A stretch of DNA of 64,000 nucleotides from Desulfatiglandales bacterium (GTDB lineage: Bacteria > Desulfobacterota > DSM-4660 > Desulfatiglandales > HGW-15). Below, piece after piece: positions 1 to 10,559 of this stretch (the stretch's first letter is position 1; each line of letters opens with the position of its first letter). Below the pieces are notes generated by a model. It ran no database searches. It was not told the origin of the DNA and saw only the letters and a list, made by a program, of their open reading frames with translations. The translations under genes and the position numbers were made by a program. Location of the stretch: the NCBI GenBank assembly GCA_963667015.2, contig CAXXJJ010000001.1:1088001-1152000 (forward strand), written 5' to 3'.

Positions 1-600
1 CTGATATTAAAAAATATTGATAGTCTAATTCTGGAATAATATTCGTTCCGGCTTAAGGGTAGCTGTTGATGCCATTAAATACCCAAAATATCTATTTGCC
101 TGGAATGTATTCTCGTGTGATATATGTTTTTTAATGAGGGTCTTTGACATTATTTCCAAAGAAAGCCCAATGTCAAGATTTTCTCTGATTCTCCCGTGCA
201 TTTTTACCGGATAAGTACGTAAATGAGGATGCTATAAATTTATAGTTGTTGAGTCTGATAGTTACGCTCTAGAACTTGTAAGGTGTATATATTGAAATCC
301 ATTAATGCCAGGATTGGTAGATAGTCTTCAGAAATACAAATGAGTTACACATAAAATTTATCTTTCAAATACAAATAATGATGGAATCCAATAAAATATA
401 CAAAAAGCGAATAAAAAATCCGGTTGATAAAATAGGGGAGAGTGAGGAGAGTCCCCCTTATCACAAATATTGACTCGGAAGAGTATTAAGACTATTATTT
501 TTAAAATTAATCAGGAAGAACCTAATCGTAAATATGAAATCATTATATGATTAAAGATAGTTAACTGTTTTAAAGCTTCAATGAAAATAGGAATATCATC

Positions 601-2718
601 ATGAAAGTTAATTGGAGCAAAAATCATCATTTCCTTTTTATTTTATGTCTGTTTATTATCTTTTTTATCACCCAATATTTAGTATCCCCAATTGCACGAG
701 CTGATGGCAGGGTTGTAAAGGTTGGGGTTTATGAAAATTCGCCGAAGGTCTTTATCTCCCAGTCCGGTAAGCCCTCGGGCATATTCATTGACATTATAGA
801 ATATATTGCCGGAAGCGAAGGATGGAGCCTTCAGTACGTGCCAGGCACCTGGGGTGAAGGGCTGGACAGACTAGAAAAAGGAGAAATAGATCTCATGCCC
901 GATGTTGTATATACCTCGGACAGAGAGAAAATATTCTCATTTCATAAGGTGCCTGTTCTATCCTCCTGGTTTCAGGTGTATGCCCGCAAAGGCAGCGGAA
1001 TAAAATCGATTTTAGATCTCAATGGAAAACGAATAGTTGTTCTGGAGCGTTCGGTTCAACAGGATGCTTTTACAAAATTGGCCGAAAGCTTTGAGTTGAA
1101 AAGCACAATCATTCCATTGCCCGATTACCAGACTATTTTTGACAGGGTTGCAAAGGGTGAAGCCGATGCAGCCATTACCAACCGTTTTCACGGGCTTACA
1201 CATGTAAAAAAGTACGGGTTGGAGGATACCGCAATAATCTTCTACCCGTCCGAGCTTTATTTTGCAGCCCCAAAAGGCAACCGTGAAAAACTGCTGGTCA
1301 CTCTTGATTCTAATCTCACAAGCCTTAAGAAAAATCCTAAGTCTATATATTATGAGTCATTAAAGAGATGGACGTCGGAAGATATTCAGTTTGAATTGCC
1401 CATATGGGTAAAAACTCTGGGTCTGATCACTGGTATTATTCTTATTATGAGCCTTGCAGGGAGCCTCTTTTTAAAGCACCAGGTAAACAGGCGTACCCGG
1501 GAAATAAATGAAATGAATGAGGTGCTGCGTGCGAGTGAGAAAAAATACCGGGAACTTGTGATGAATGCCAATAGTATTATCCTGCGCTGGACATTCGATG
1601 GACAAATCACTTTCCTTAATGAATTTGGGCAAAGGTTTTTTGGCTATACTGAAAAAGAGATTCTTGGACAGCATGTAATCGGAACAATAGTCTCGGAGAA
1701 GGAAAGCACAGGCCGGGATTTGCGTCCATTAATGGAAGAGATCTTGGCCGATCCGAAAAGGTTTGAGCGAAATATCAATGAGAATATGCGCCGAAATGGT
1801 GAACGGGTCTGGATAGACTGGACAAACAGGGTGATTCTTGATGAACAGAATCAGATAAAAGAAATTTTAAGCATCGGATCGGACATAACCGACCGCAAGC
1901 AGGCAGAGGAACTGATCCACCAGCTTCATGCTGACCTGAAACGCCATGCTGAGAATCTTGAAAGGCGTGTGGAGGAGCGTACGAAAGAGTTAGTGATTGC
2001 CAAAGAGCAGGCAGAATCAGCAGATCATCTTAAATCTGCTTTTCTGGCTACTATGTCTCATGAACTTCGTACGCCTTTGAACTCAATCATCGGCTTTACA
2101 GGCATCCTGCTTAAAGAAATGGCCGGGCCTCTCAATCAGGAGCAGCATAAACAATTGAACATGGTTCAAAACAGTTCTCACCATCTCCTGGCCTTAATTA
2201 ACGATGTGCTTGATATTTCCAAAATCGAAGCAGGGCAACTTAATTTATATTTATCGTCCTTTGAATTAAGGCAATCGATAGAAGGGATGGCAAGTCTGGT
2301 TTATCCGATGGCCGAAAAAAAGGGACTGGATTTAAAGGTTGAAATCGCGAATGATGTTGAAAAAGTGGTAACCGATCAGCGCCGCCTGGAACAGGTTATA
2401 CTGAATCTTTTAAACAATGCGATAAAGTTCACTGAAGAAGGATATATACGCATCTTTTGCGAACGTAAAAATAGTCAGTACATTCTTTCAGTCACAGATA
2501 CCGGCATAGGCATTCGAGAAGAAGAATTTCCCAGACTTTTTCAGCCATTCCATCAGATCGATACCGGGCTCGCGCGCAAACACGAGGGTACAGGCCTCGG
2601 CCTCTCCATATGTAGAAAACTCATAAATATGATGGGGGGCTCTATTGATGTTAACAGTCAATGGGGACAGGGAAGCACCTTCACAATTCAATTCCCGGTA
2701 GAGACAGTAGGTTCGTAA
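601..2718 (+). CDS. Sensor histidine kinase: periplasmic solute-binding (family 3-like) domain, TM, PAS, HisKA, HATPase
   Basis: H-box FLATMSHELRTPLNSIIGF, N-box QVILNLLNNAIKFT, G1 DTGIGI, G2 GTGLGLSI; PAS-like segment FLNEFGQRFFGY; N-terminal signal and binding-protein-like domain. Confidence 0.93.
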   Translation: MKVNWSKNHHFLFILCLFIIFFITQYLVSPIARADGRVVKVGVYENSPKVFISQSGKPSGIFIDIIEYIAGSEGWSLQYVPGTWGEGLDRLEKGEIDLMPDVVYTSDREKIFSFHKVPVLSSWFQVYARKGSGIKSILDLNGKRIVVLERSVQQDAFTKLAESFELKSTIIPLPDYQTIFDRVAKGEADAAITNRFHGLTHVKKYGLEDTAIIFYPSELYFAAPKGNREKLLVTLDSNLTSLKKNPKSIYYESLKRWTSEDIQFELPIWVKTLGLITGIILIMSLAGSLFLKHQVNRRTREINEMNEVLRASEKKYRELVMNANSIILRWTFDGQITFLNEFGQRFFGYTEKEILGQHVIGTIVSEKESTGRDLRPLMEEILADPKRFERNINENMRRNGERVWIDWTNRVILDEQNQIKEILSIGSDITDRKQAEELIHQLHADLKRHAENLERRVEERTKELVIAKEQAESADHLKSAFLATMSHELRTPLNSIIGFTGILLKEMAGPLNQEQHKQLNMVQNSSHHLLALINDVLDISKIEAGQLNLYLSSFELRQSIEGMASLVYPMAEKKGLDLKVEIANDVEKVVTDQRRLEQVILNLLNNAIKFTEEGYIRIFCERKNSQYILSVTDTGIGIREEEFPRLFQPFHQIDTGLARKHEGTGLGLSICRKLINMMGGSIDVNSQWGQGSTFTIQFPVETVGS

Positions 2719-2987
2719 CTATGAAAGTACTTATTGGAAACTAACCAGGCCTTGCTGCTGCTTCCACTTCTATATTATTAACTGCTTGAAATATGCCGGA
2801 AAGAGGAGTATCAGATTAGTATTGAAGAATCATGCCTTAGCTCTAAATCAATAAATCGCAGAATAAAGATTAATACACGTTTTCTCCAGCGTTAAAGAAT
2901 AACTCATATATTTAAAGGGCTGTGATGGGCTTGGGCTGTTTTTATAATACATAAACAGATTTATCTACATTCATCAGGAGGATTCAA

Positions 2988-5900
2988 ATGTCGAAGGGTA
3001 AATGTAAAAATCCATCCTATGTTTTTGAGTACTTCAGAGACATGGTAAAAAAAGAGTCTGCCGGCAAAGGCCTGAAACCCCCTCGCGGGTTGTGGATTTA
3101 TCTGTTTGCATTCCTGCCTCACATGTTGGATTTCCGTGTACGTTTATGGGACTTCTGGCGTAATCGAAGCTATGGAGGAAGGCTGGAAGGGATATTGATA
3201 AAAGGTCATTCCCCTGTCGCCATATTGCTTCCGATCGGTCTGCTCTATTTTATATTCTTTGGCCCTTCAGGAGGCCACTGGAACGGAGCTGTTTTAAAGC
3301 TGATATTTCCCATCTGGCTCCTGATCGCTTTTGCAGTTTTAGGTTTTCATATGGCTGTTAATAAGATTAAGAGCAGGAAAAGCGACAGAGAGATGTCCCG
3401 TCACATGGATACCTTCGACGTTTTTCGTGTACTGATATGGAGTTTTGTTGCCGCCATTTTAATTGCAGGTTTTTCAAGGGGGTATCTTGCCCATATCGGA
3501 TTTTTGATATTCACAGTTGTGCTCTGGGCTGTTTTTGCGTTTGGGAGTTATGCGGACGATAAGAAAAGGAAAATACAGGCTGATGAAAGGTGCCATATTA
3601 TCCGCCGGCTTCCATGGGTGAGCGGCCTTTTTTTAGCAGCGGGCCTTGTTCTTTTTTATCAGTATTTACTGCCGATGGAAAATGAAGAAGGAACAAGCCT
3701 TTTCTGGCTCAGGCTCTATGTTTGCATTATTGCGGCAATTTTTCTTGTTTATTCGTTTATGTACATGCGTGTGAATAAAGGTAAACAGTGTTATGGAAGT
3801 CTGTCATTATGGGCCCAGCTTGGTACTCTTACAGCCGCAGGGGTCCTGGTCTGGCTAACAGGAGGGCTGAAGGAGATTGATAATGATATATACCGGCATG
3901 TGCTGATTCCATTAACCGCAGTGATATTGGTGGTTCCGTTGACTATTGCCAGCTTGATCGCAAGGACCATTTTCAGATGGCGGATAAGTTTAATCGGGGG
4001 CAGGTTCCGGCGACTAATCGAACTGGTAGAGGTTTTCGGAAGCCCAAAACGACCGCCCCTTAATCCGAATAAAATATTTCGAAGTTTTCTGGTCACTCTC
4101 AGGCATGTTCTGATGCTCCTGTTTCCTGCAGCTTTAATTATCCTGCTGATGCCCTATTATCTGCGGGATGCCCTTAAAATGATAGGCGGAATTACACTGT
4201 TAATCACATTCATTTTCATTGCCTTTTCGAAAATTCATGATCGCCTGGGGCACTTGATTTCACTATATCGGGGCATGTTTTTTCATGGAGTGCAGGTAAT
4301 AGTATCCATTTTAGTGATTATTCTGGGCATTACACGCCTTATCGATATAGGGTATGTCTCTTATATTGTCGAGGCCTCTCCATTAACCCTGCTGACCTAT
4401 ATACTTGTTACATATCTATTACTCTGGCTCTTTGAATACTGGATCAACCGAATATTTGATGAAGAGCTGCTTTCACTTTTTGATAGCAATAAAAGGGCCT
4501 GCGGCAGGGTTGATTTTAAATATGACAATGAAGACGAATACCGCGAAGGTGTTCGTGTCAGTGTTAGAGCGGATAACAGAAGAATCCAATTGCACGGTAA
4601 CGGCCGGCTGGTTGCAGTGGGAGACCGCCAGTGGTTCAGATATAATCCTGCTATTAACCCATATACCGATGAATTTAAAAATCTGCAGAAGCTTTGCAGT
4701 CTGGGTGAGGAAAAAGAAAAGGAACTGTTTAATTCTATCGAGAAGTTATACGGAGTCAAAGATTTAAAGGAGAAGGAAAGGATAAAGCGCGAGATACAAA
4801 AAAAGAATTATGACGACTGCAAACAGCGAAATGGAGTACGCTTTCAATTCTACAACAGATTTGATTTGTTAGACTGCCTGGTCGAAAATGCGATTCAGCA
4901 GGATTTTAATTTTGAAGAAAGTTCCTCAAAGCAAGGCAGGGAAACAGGCAATATATCAATAAGCAAAGGTCTGTCCGAGATCAGGAACGATCTTCGCTGG
5001 CATGTACAGGATCTTCGCAAACAGTATGTCAGCTACTACGCAATGCTGACAATGATATTGGTCTTTGGAGTTTTATCCCAGATTTTTGCATTGAGCACCA
5101 TTGTTGACCCAGCCGCGTTGGTATTTTCTCCACCTGTTGAAGCCGGACTTGTGAATACCGCGTCAGAACCGGGGCAGATAAAAAATCTTTTTAATTTACG
5201 GGATCACCTATTTATAAAATCAGGCAACAGACCGGAGGGGACTTATGATGACCCTGAAATTCGGATTTCCGCAAAATCCGATCCGGTCATTCTTATTGCG
5301 GCTTCAGGGGGAGGTACCCGCGCTGCGTTGTATGCGACTTCTTTGCTTCAGGGGCTTGCAGAACTGGATCTGCTGGACAATGTCAAACTGGTAAGCGGCG
5401 TTTCAGGCGGGGGCGCTGCACTGGCCTACTTTTACGGACATCGTAATCAGCTTCTTAAAAGCAGCCGGGGGCAACCCTGGGCGGATTTTTATAATGCCGT
5501 AAGCAAGGATTATATTGTTCGTTGTTTACAGGGCTCCGGTGAGCGCAGGATAGCCGGAGGTGTTCGCCTTGGAAGCATTCTGGACGAAGGTTTTCAGGAT
5601 CATTTTTTCAATGGAAAAGCTTCTGCCATAGGCGGCAATGAGATAGGCATATTGTTTAACACCACAGTCGCAGGAGAAGTCCATGTCCCGAAGTCCCAAA
5701 GCGGAGATGTTGCTCTATGGGCTCAAAACAATCCGGAACAGGCCAGGTCATGGGCAGCAGGAACCAGATTAATTATTTCGAACGTGCTGGAGGCCGCGGA
5801 GCTCAAGAATGACATTAATCATGTCTCCCGTGATGGATTGCGGTATACAACAATCGTTCGTCCTGACGTGTCACTGGCTACATCGGCTGCCCTTAATGCT

Positions 5901-6728
5901 AATTTCCCGCCGGTTTTTTCAAATGCTGCGGTTGATATCGGGAGAAGCAGATATTGGGTTACAGATGGAGGCGCTATGGACAACCGGGGTTTGATAACTC
6001 TTCTTTACGTTCTTAGAGAGGCCTTAAACATTGACGGGAAGAAACAGGCTGGGCAGATGGAAACGCTCTCCGGAAAAGGTCAGGCAATTTCTGATGAAAA
6101 TAGGGATGAAGGCAATACCAATGGAGACGGTCATTTTAACTTTCCGGATATACATATTATAGTTGCAGACGCATCGGCAACAACATTCGACTATTCACCA
6201 AAACGCGGGTTTGGCGCTATTTCCGGTTCATCGACTAAACTCGCAACCGGACTTATCGATGAACTGGAAAAAGAGGTAGTCAGTATTTATTCTAAAATCT
6301 CTTCTGCAAACAGGATTTATATTCATAAACTTTATATGCCATTAACCATGAGGGCCAGAGGGGGGCTCGGTACCCATTGGATGATGCCCCTGATGGCACA
6401 GTTTAAAAGCTGTAAAAAAGAAAATAAAAAGGAAGAGGACGCAGTCAGGCTCACCCGTAATCAAATCATACGCGCCATTGCCGGTCTGCATCAGAGGGAC
6501 AATGAGGATAATATAGGCAAACTAGTCATGCAGGACCCCTGGATAGTACGCATGATGGGAAATGATCAAAATCTGGAGAAGTTAAAAGAGTGGTATATTA
6601 ATGACGCTGCTTATTTAAGGGGTTATAGCCTTCAGGGTGAAAGGATTGATGGGAAGGATAATGACGAATATGTGACTGATCACGACAAGGCGTGGGAAAA
6701 ATTTATTGATAGTATTGGCAAAAAATAG
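2988..6728 (+). CDS. Large multi-pass membrane protein with C-terminal patatin/cPLA2-like phospholipase domain
   Basis: Oxyanion motif ASGGGTRAA, nucleophile elbow SGVSGG, catalytic Asp motif VTDGGAMDN; many hydrophobic helices in the first ~700 aa. Confidence 0.8.
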   Translation: MSKGKCKNPSYVFEYFRDMVKKESAGKGLKPPRGLWIYLFAFLPHMLDFRVRLWDFWRNRSYGGRLEGILIKGHSPVAILLPIGLLYFIFFGPSGGHWNGAVLKLIFPIWLLIAFAVLGFHMAVNKIKSRKSDREMSRHMDTFDVFRVLIWSFVAAILIAGFSRGYLAHIGFLIFTVVLWAVFAFGSYADDKKRKIQADERCHIIRRLPWVSGLFLAAGLVLFYQYLLPMENEEGTSLFWLRLYVCIIAAIFLVYSFMYMRVNKGKQCYGSLSLWAQLGTLTAAGVLVWLTGGLKEIDNDIYRHVLIPLTAVILVVPLTIASLIARTIFRWRISLIGGRFRRLIELVEVFGSPKRPPLNPNKIFRSFLVTLRHVLMLLFPAALIILLMPYYLRDALKMIGGITLLITFIFIAFSKIHDRLGHLISLYRGMFFHGVQVIVSILVIILGITRLIDIGYVSYIVEASPLTLLTYILVTYLLLWLFEYWINRIFDEELLSLFDSNKRACGRVDFKYDNEDEYREGVRVSVRADNRRIQLHGNGRLVAVGDRQWFRYNPAINPYTDEFKNLQKLCSLGEEKEKELFNSIEKLYGVKDLKEKERIKREIQKKNYDDCKQRNGVRFQFYNRFDLLDCLVENAIQQDFNFEESSSKQGRETGNISISKGLSEIRNDLRWHVQDLRKQYVSYYAMLTMILVFGVLSQIFALSTIVDPAALVFSPPVEAGLVNTASEPGQIKNLFNLRDHLFIKSGNRPEGTYDDPEIRISAKSDPVILIAASGGGTRAALYATSLLQGLAELDLLDNVKLVSGVSGGGAALAYFYGHRNQLLKSSRGQPWADFYNAVSKDYIVRCLQGSGERRIAGGVRLGSILDEGFQDHFFNGKASAIGGNEIGILFNTTVAGEVHVPKSQSGDVALWAQNNPEQARSWAAGTRLIISNVLEAAELKNDINHVSRDGLRYTTIVRPDVSLATSAALNANFPPVFSNAAVDIGRSRYWVTDGGAMDNRGLITLLYVLREALNIDGKKQAGQMETLSGKGQAISDENRDEGNTNGDGHFNFPDIHIIVADASATTFDYSPKRGFGAISGSSTKLATGLIDELEKEVVSIYSKISSANRIYIHKLYMPLTMRARGGLGTHWMMPLMAQFKSCKKENKKEEDAVRLTRNQIIRAIAGLHQRDNEDNIGKLVMQDPWIVRMMGNDQNLEKLKEWYINDAAYLRGYSLQGERIDGKDNDEYVTDHDKAWEKFIDSIGKK

Positions 6729-6812
6729 TGTCACAGGGGCGCTCCCGATCAAAGAGCCGTCGCTTGTCCCGCTTTTTAGCTGGACTGAGCGCTCCTTTCA
6801 ACAAAAATCATT

Positions 6813-7809
6813 CTATAACGCCCATTTGATAATCGATGAGCCCCATGTAAAACCGGCACCAAAGGCAACCAGAAGTATATTATCACCCTTTTTTAATTTT
6901 CCTGCCCGGTTTGCCTCATCCAGGGCAATGGGTATGGATGCGGAGGATGTGTTCCCGTATTTCTGCACATTGGTATAGACCCGCTCCATGGGGATTTCCA
7001 GGCTTTTTGCGGTCGCACTGATGATTCGGAGGTTTGCCTGATGCGGTATTAACAGGGCGATGTCTTCATCCGAAAGGTTGTTGTACTCCAGCGCCTCCCT
7101 TGAGATTGAGGCCAGACAGTTGACGGCAATCTTAAAGACCCTGTTCCCTTCCATAATCATGTGAAAGGGTTTCTGGTCAATGCCTTCCAGGATTTCCGGG
7201 ACATAGTGGTTCCCATAGGAGGTATGTAAAAGGTCCCAGAATGTGCCGTCCGAGCGGATATGAGTGGATAGTATTCCCTCATCCTTTTCTGTAGCATCCA
7301 TCACGACTGCGCCTGCTCCGTCACCCAGGAGGACACATGTGCCCCTGTCTTTCCAGTTTAATATTGTCGAAAGCCTCTCCACCCCTACTACCAGGGCCTT
7401 TTTAAGTGCCCCGCATTTTATTGCGTTGTCTACAATAGAAAGCCCGTAAATAAACCCGGAACAGCCGGCCGAGATATCAAATGCGGCGGCATTTTTAGCG
7501 CCCAGTTCTTTCTGTATCATGCATGAAGCCGCAGGAAATTGCCTGTCGGGTGTTACAGTGGCAACTACAATCATGTCAATCTCTTCCGGGGCAACTCCCG
7601 CCATATCCATGGCCTTTAATGATGCCTTCGCAGCAAGGGCGGTTGTGGTCTCCCCCTTATCTTTCATGGAGATGCGACGCTCCTCGATGCCGGTTCTTTT
7701 TCTTATCCATTCATCGGATGTTTCTACAATGCTTTCAATTTCCGTATTAGTTAATATCTTCTCCGGTACTGCCTGAACCGGTTCCGATTATTTTCGATCT
7801 TATTTTCAT
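6813..7809 (-). pseudogene. fabH: Beta-ketoacyl-ACP synthase III with a +1 frameshift near codon 13 (real lesion or sequencing error)
   Basis: Triad motifs AGCSGF, PHQANLR, GNTSSAS in ORF 6813..7667. Upstream reads MKIRSKIIGTGS then, after one extra base at ~7772, AVPEKILTNTEIESIVETSDEWIRKRTGIEERRIS, the canonical FabH N-terminus. Confidence 0.88.
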
Positions 7810-10256
7810 CATATAACATTTTCATGGCGGGCGATCAGGTCGTTCTGGCAGTCCCGCGTAAGCTCCACAAAATATGCCGAGTAACCTGCTATACGAACAA
7901 CCAGATTGCGGTAGTCGTCCGGGTTTTCCTGGGCCTTGTGAAGGACCTCGGTGGAAACAACGTTGAACTGGGCCTCGGCACCGCCGTTATTCATGTAGGC
8001 CTTAACCATGTCGCGTACCTTGGTAATGCCGTCCTCACGGCTGAGTGAGGTGGGGTGAAGGCGAATGTTGAGGCACACGCCGTCCATGAATTTTGTATGG
8101 TCATAACACAGTGAAGAGGTAAACACGGCAGTAGGGCCGTTTGTGTCACGGCTCTGAACAGGAGAGGCCGCATCGGCGATAGGTGCCCCGGTTTTTCTTC
8201 CGTCCGGGGTTGCCCAGGTTGTGTAACCCTGGCCTACATGGTCTGCAGCGCCGTACAGTCCTGCTTTAAAGGTCCGGGTACGCGTGGAGTAACACTCTTT
8301 ACAATTTTCGTAATAGGTATTGATCACCCAGGTCATCTGCTCATCCGCATAGGGGTCGGCGTTTCCGAAATGGGGCACCTCATTGATTATCCGCTGTCGC
8401 AGATCCTCATAGCCTTCCCAGTCGGCCATAACCGCATCATAAAGCTCTCGCGCAGTGCACAGTTTCTTGTCAAATACCATATATCTGATAGCGGTCAGGG
8501 AGTCAGCCACTGTGGCAAGACCGGTTGCGGTTCCGCCATAGGAGTTGTATTTGGCGCCGCCCCCGGTACAGTCTATGCCGGATTCCATGCACCCGTCAAT
8601 GGAGATGGACAGCATGGGATGAGGGGTGTGGTACTGGACCAGGTATTCCAGGTAGTTGTTCAGGCTGACCTGGGCCTTGAGATAATAGTTAGCCAGCCTG
8701 CGCCATGCCTCCTTAACCTCGTCAAAGGATTTCATATCATACAGATAGCCGGTGTGGATTGAACTCTGCTCGCCGTTAAAGGGATTTTTGCCGTCGTTGA
8801 TTGCCATACCCATAAGCACACTATAGTGGATGGAGGCGTGGGGAGGCGCGACGCCGTTGGCCGAGGAATAGTCGTTGCCGGAGCCTGTAATCTCCTGGCA
8901 GCCGATAATGGCGTAATCCCTGGCATCTTCAAGAGTAAATCCCAGTTCCTTCATTATCCCCGGAATAATAATGTCGTCATTCTGGAACAGGGGAAGTCCA
9001 CCCACCTTTGTTGAGGTTTCCAGTGCCAGTGCCCACAGGTCGTCCGGGGTATTTTTATTGACACGCAAAGAGATAGTGGGATCATGCAGGCTTAAACGCG
9101 AGAGGCTCTCAAGCACCATATAGGTGACGGGGTTGCTGGCGTCTTCGCCGGTTTCTGGATCCACACCGCCTATGGTGGTGTGGAGGTATGTGTTTCCTAT
9201 ACCGATTATCTGAACCAGTTCGCCATAACCGCCGCCATACATGGAATTAATCTTCATAAAGAAACAGTCCACAATCTCCTGTGCCTCATCCTCAGTCAGG
9301 CGGCCTTCTTTAAGATCCTTTTTCAGGAAGGGCCATGTGTACTGATCAAAGCGGCCGAAGGAGCCTACATCGCCGATAAAGCTCAGACGCAAAATGTACT
9401 GATAGGTAATAGCCGCCTGGCAGGCCTCGCGGAAGGTGCGGCAGGGGTTCGCGGAAATCCAGGCAAGACTGTCCGCCATGGACTCCAGTTCGGCCTTACG
9501 TTTCCCGTCAGCGCAGGAAGCGGCCTTTTCAAGGCATTTCTCACTGTAGCGTTTAAGCAAAGTTGTAGCTGCATCACAGGAAATAACAGCGGCTGTATAG
9601 AACATACATTTGTTAGCATCCTCGCCCATCAGGTTGTTCACATGGGAATCGAGCCAGTCCTGCGCCTCTTTACGAATAGCGCCGTATCCCCTGTTGATTA
9701 TTTTACTAAAGCCCGGAGTCAGGTGCCCCGACGGCATCATCAACAGCGGCATACCCTCCCTGGTGGCGGAGACCTGCATGCGGCAAAGCTCTTTATAACC
9801 CTCAGGCTGCCATGCTGCCGCAATATCGTCATAGGTCCGGCTTTTCCAGTATTCGCTGATGGACACCAGATTTTCATAATCCTCCGGAGCTATAGACATA
9901 CGCAGCTCCTCTTCGTCAGGATTGTGATACAGGCCGTCTTCTCTGAGGGTCCAGATACCGGCGTCTATTACGTAGGGAATCCATCCGGCGTTGCCCCAGT
10001 CAGGTGCATATCCGGTACCGCAAAAGTTTTTGCTGCTGTTGCCCACAATCATCTCAAAGTCCTCTACGCGGACAGTCATTTGTTCGCAGATGGCCTTCAG
10101 CACCGTGGGACGCCTTAAAAAGGGAATGAGATTTTCGTTTTCCTGAAAGCAGCGGGTAGTGATCATGGCAGTCTCGGAGTCGCTCCGGATCACACGATCG
10201 CGTATTAGCTGATGCATGAGCTGCATGCGTTCGGTTATTGGCTTGAACTGATACAT
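7809..10256 (-). CDS. Glycyl radical enzyme (PFL superfamily), substrate unknown
   Basis: C-terminal glycyl radical loop LVVRIAGYSAYF, thiyl loop IIGCQE, GRFDQY, ATPDGRK motifs; 815 aa. Confidence 0.93.
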   Translation of the reverse strand: MYQFKPITERMQLMHQLIRDRVIRSDSETAMITTRCFQENENLIPFLRRPTVLKAICEQMTVRVEDFEMIVGNSSKNFCGTGYAPDWGNAGWIPYVIDAGIWTLREDGLYHNPDEEELRMSIAPEDYENLVSISEYWKSRTYDDIAAAWQPEGYKELCRMQVSATREGMPLLMMPSGHLTPGFSKIINRGYGAIRKEAQDWLDSHVNNLMGEDANKCMFYTAAVISCDAATTLLKRYSEKCLEKAASCADGKRKAELESMADSLAWISANPCRTFREACQAAITYQYILRLSFIGDVGSFGRFDQYTWPFLKKDLKEGRLTEDEAQEIVDCFFMKINSMYGGGYGELVQIIGIGNTYLHTTIGGVDPETGEDASNPVTYMVLESLSRLSLHDPTISLRVNKNTPDDLWALALETSTKVGGLPLFQNDDIIIPGIMKELGFTLEDARDYAIIGCQEITGSGNDYSSANGVAPPHASIHYSVLMGMAINDGKNPFNGEQSSIHTGYLYDMKSFDEVKEAWRRLANYYLKAQVSLNNYLEYLVQYHTPHPMLSISIDGCMESGIDCTGGGAKYNSYGGTATGLATVADSLTAIRYMVFDKKLCTARELYDAVMADWEGYEDLRQRIINEVPHFGNADPYADEQMTWVINTYYENCKECYSTRTRTFKAGLYGAADHVGQGYTTWATPDGRKTGAPIADAASPVQSRDTNGPTAVFTSSLCYDHTKFMDGVCLNIRLHPTSLSREDGITKVRDMVKAYMNNGGAEAQFNVVSTEVLHKAQENPDDYRNLVVRIAGYSAYFVELTRDCQNDLIARHENVI

Positions 10257-10559
10257 TTCAGTATTTCCTCCCTTTTTAGTGCTTCGAATTTACCTTTTAG
10301 GGATTTGTATATTTAATTAAATATTTTTAAATCCTTATACCTGAATGATTTAATTTTCCCTTAAAAATAAAGTGTTACATGGCGTATGTCAATAATAGAT
10401 TAAAAACAGGTTGAGGTCAGTTTATTATAGATAATCTCCAATTATACAGGAATACCCCTGTGACAGGAAACGCATATAATTTACTTGAACTTAGGTATAT
10501 TATCCTATAATTGAAATCTTTAGCTGCTTGACTGTTAATTTACATTCGGGAGAATTGTA

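Noticed and set aside
1..600. Possible gene remnant on the minus strand at the window start
   Set aside because: Only short frames broken by stops; no family recognised
7824..10118. Long + strand ORFs (174 aa, 312 aa) opposite the glycyl radical enzyme
   Set aside because: Antisense shadows of a GC-richer gene with no recognisable motifs
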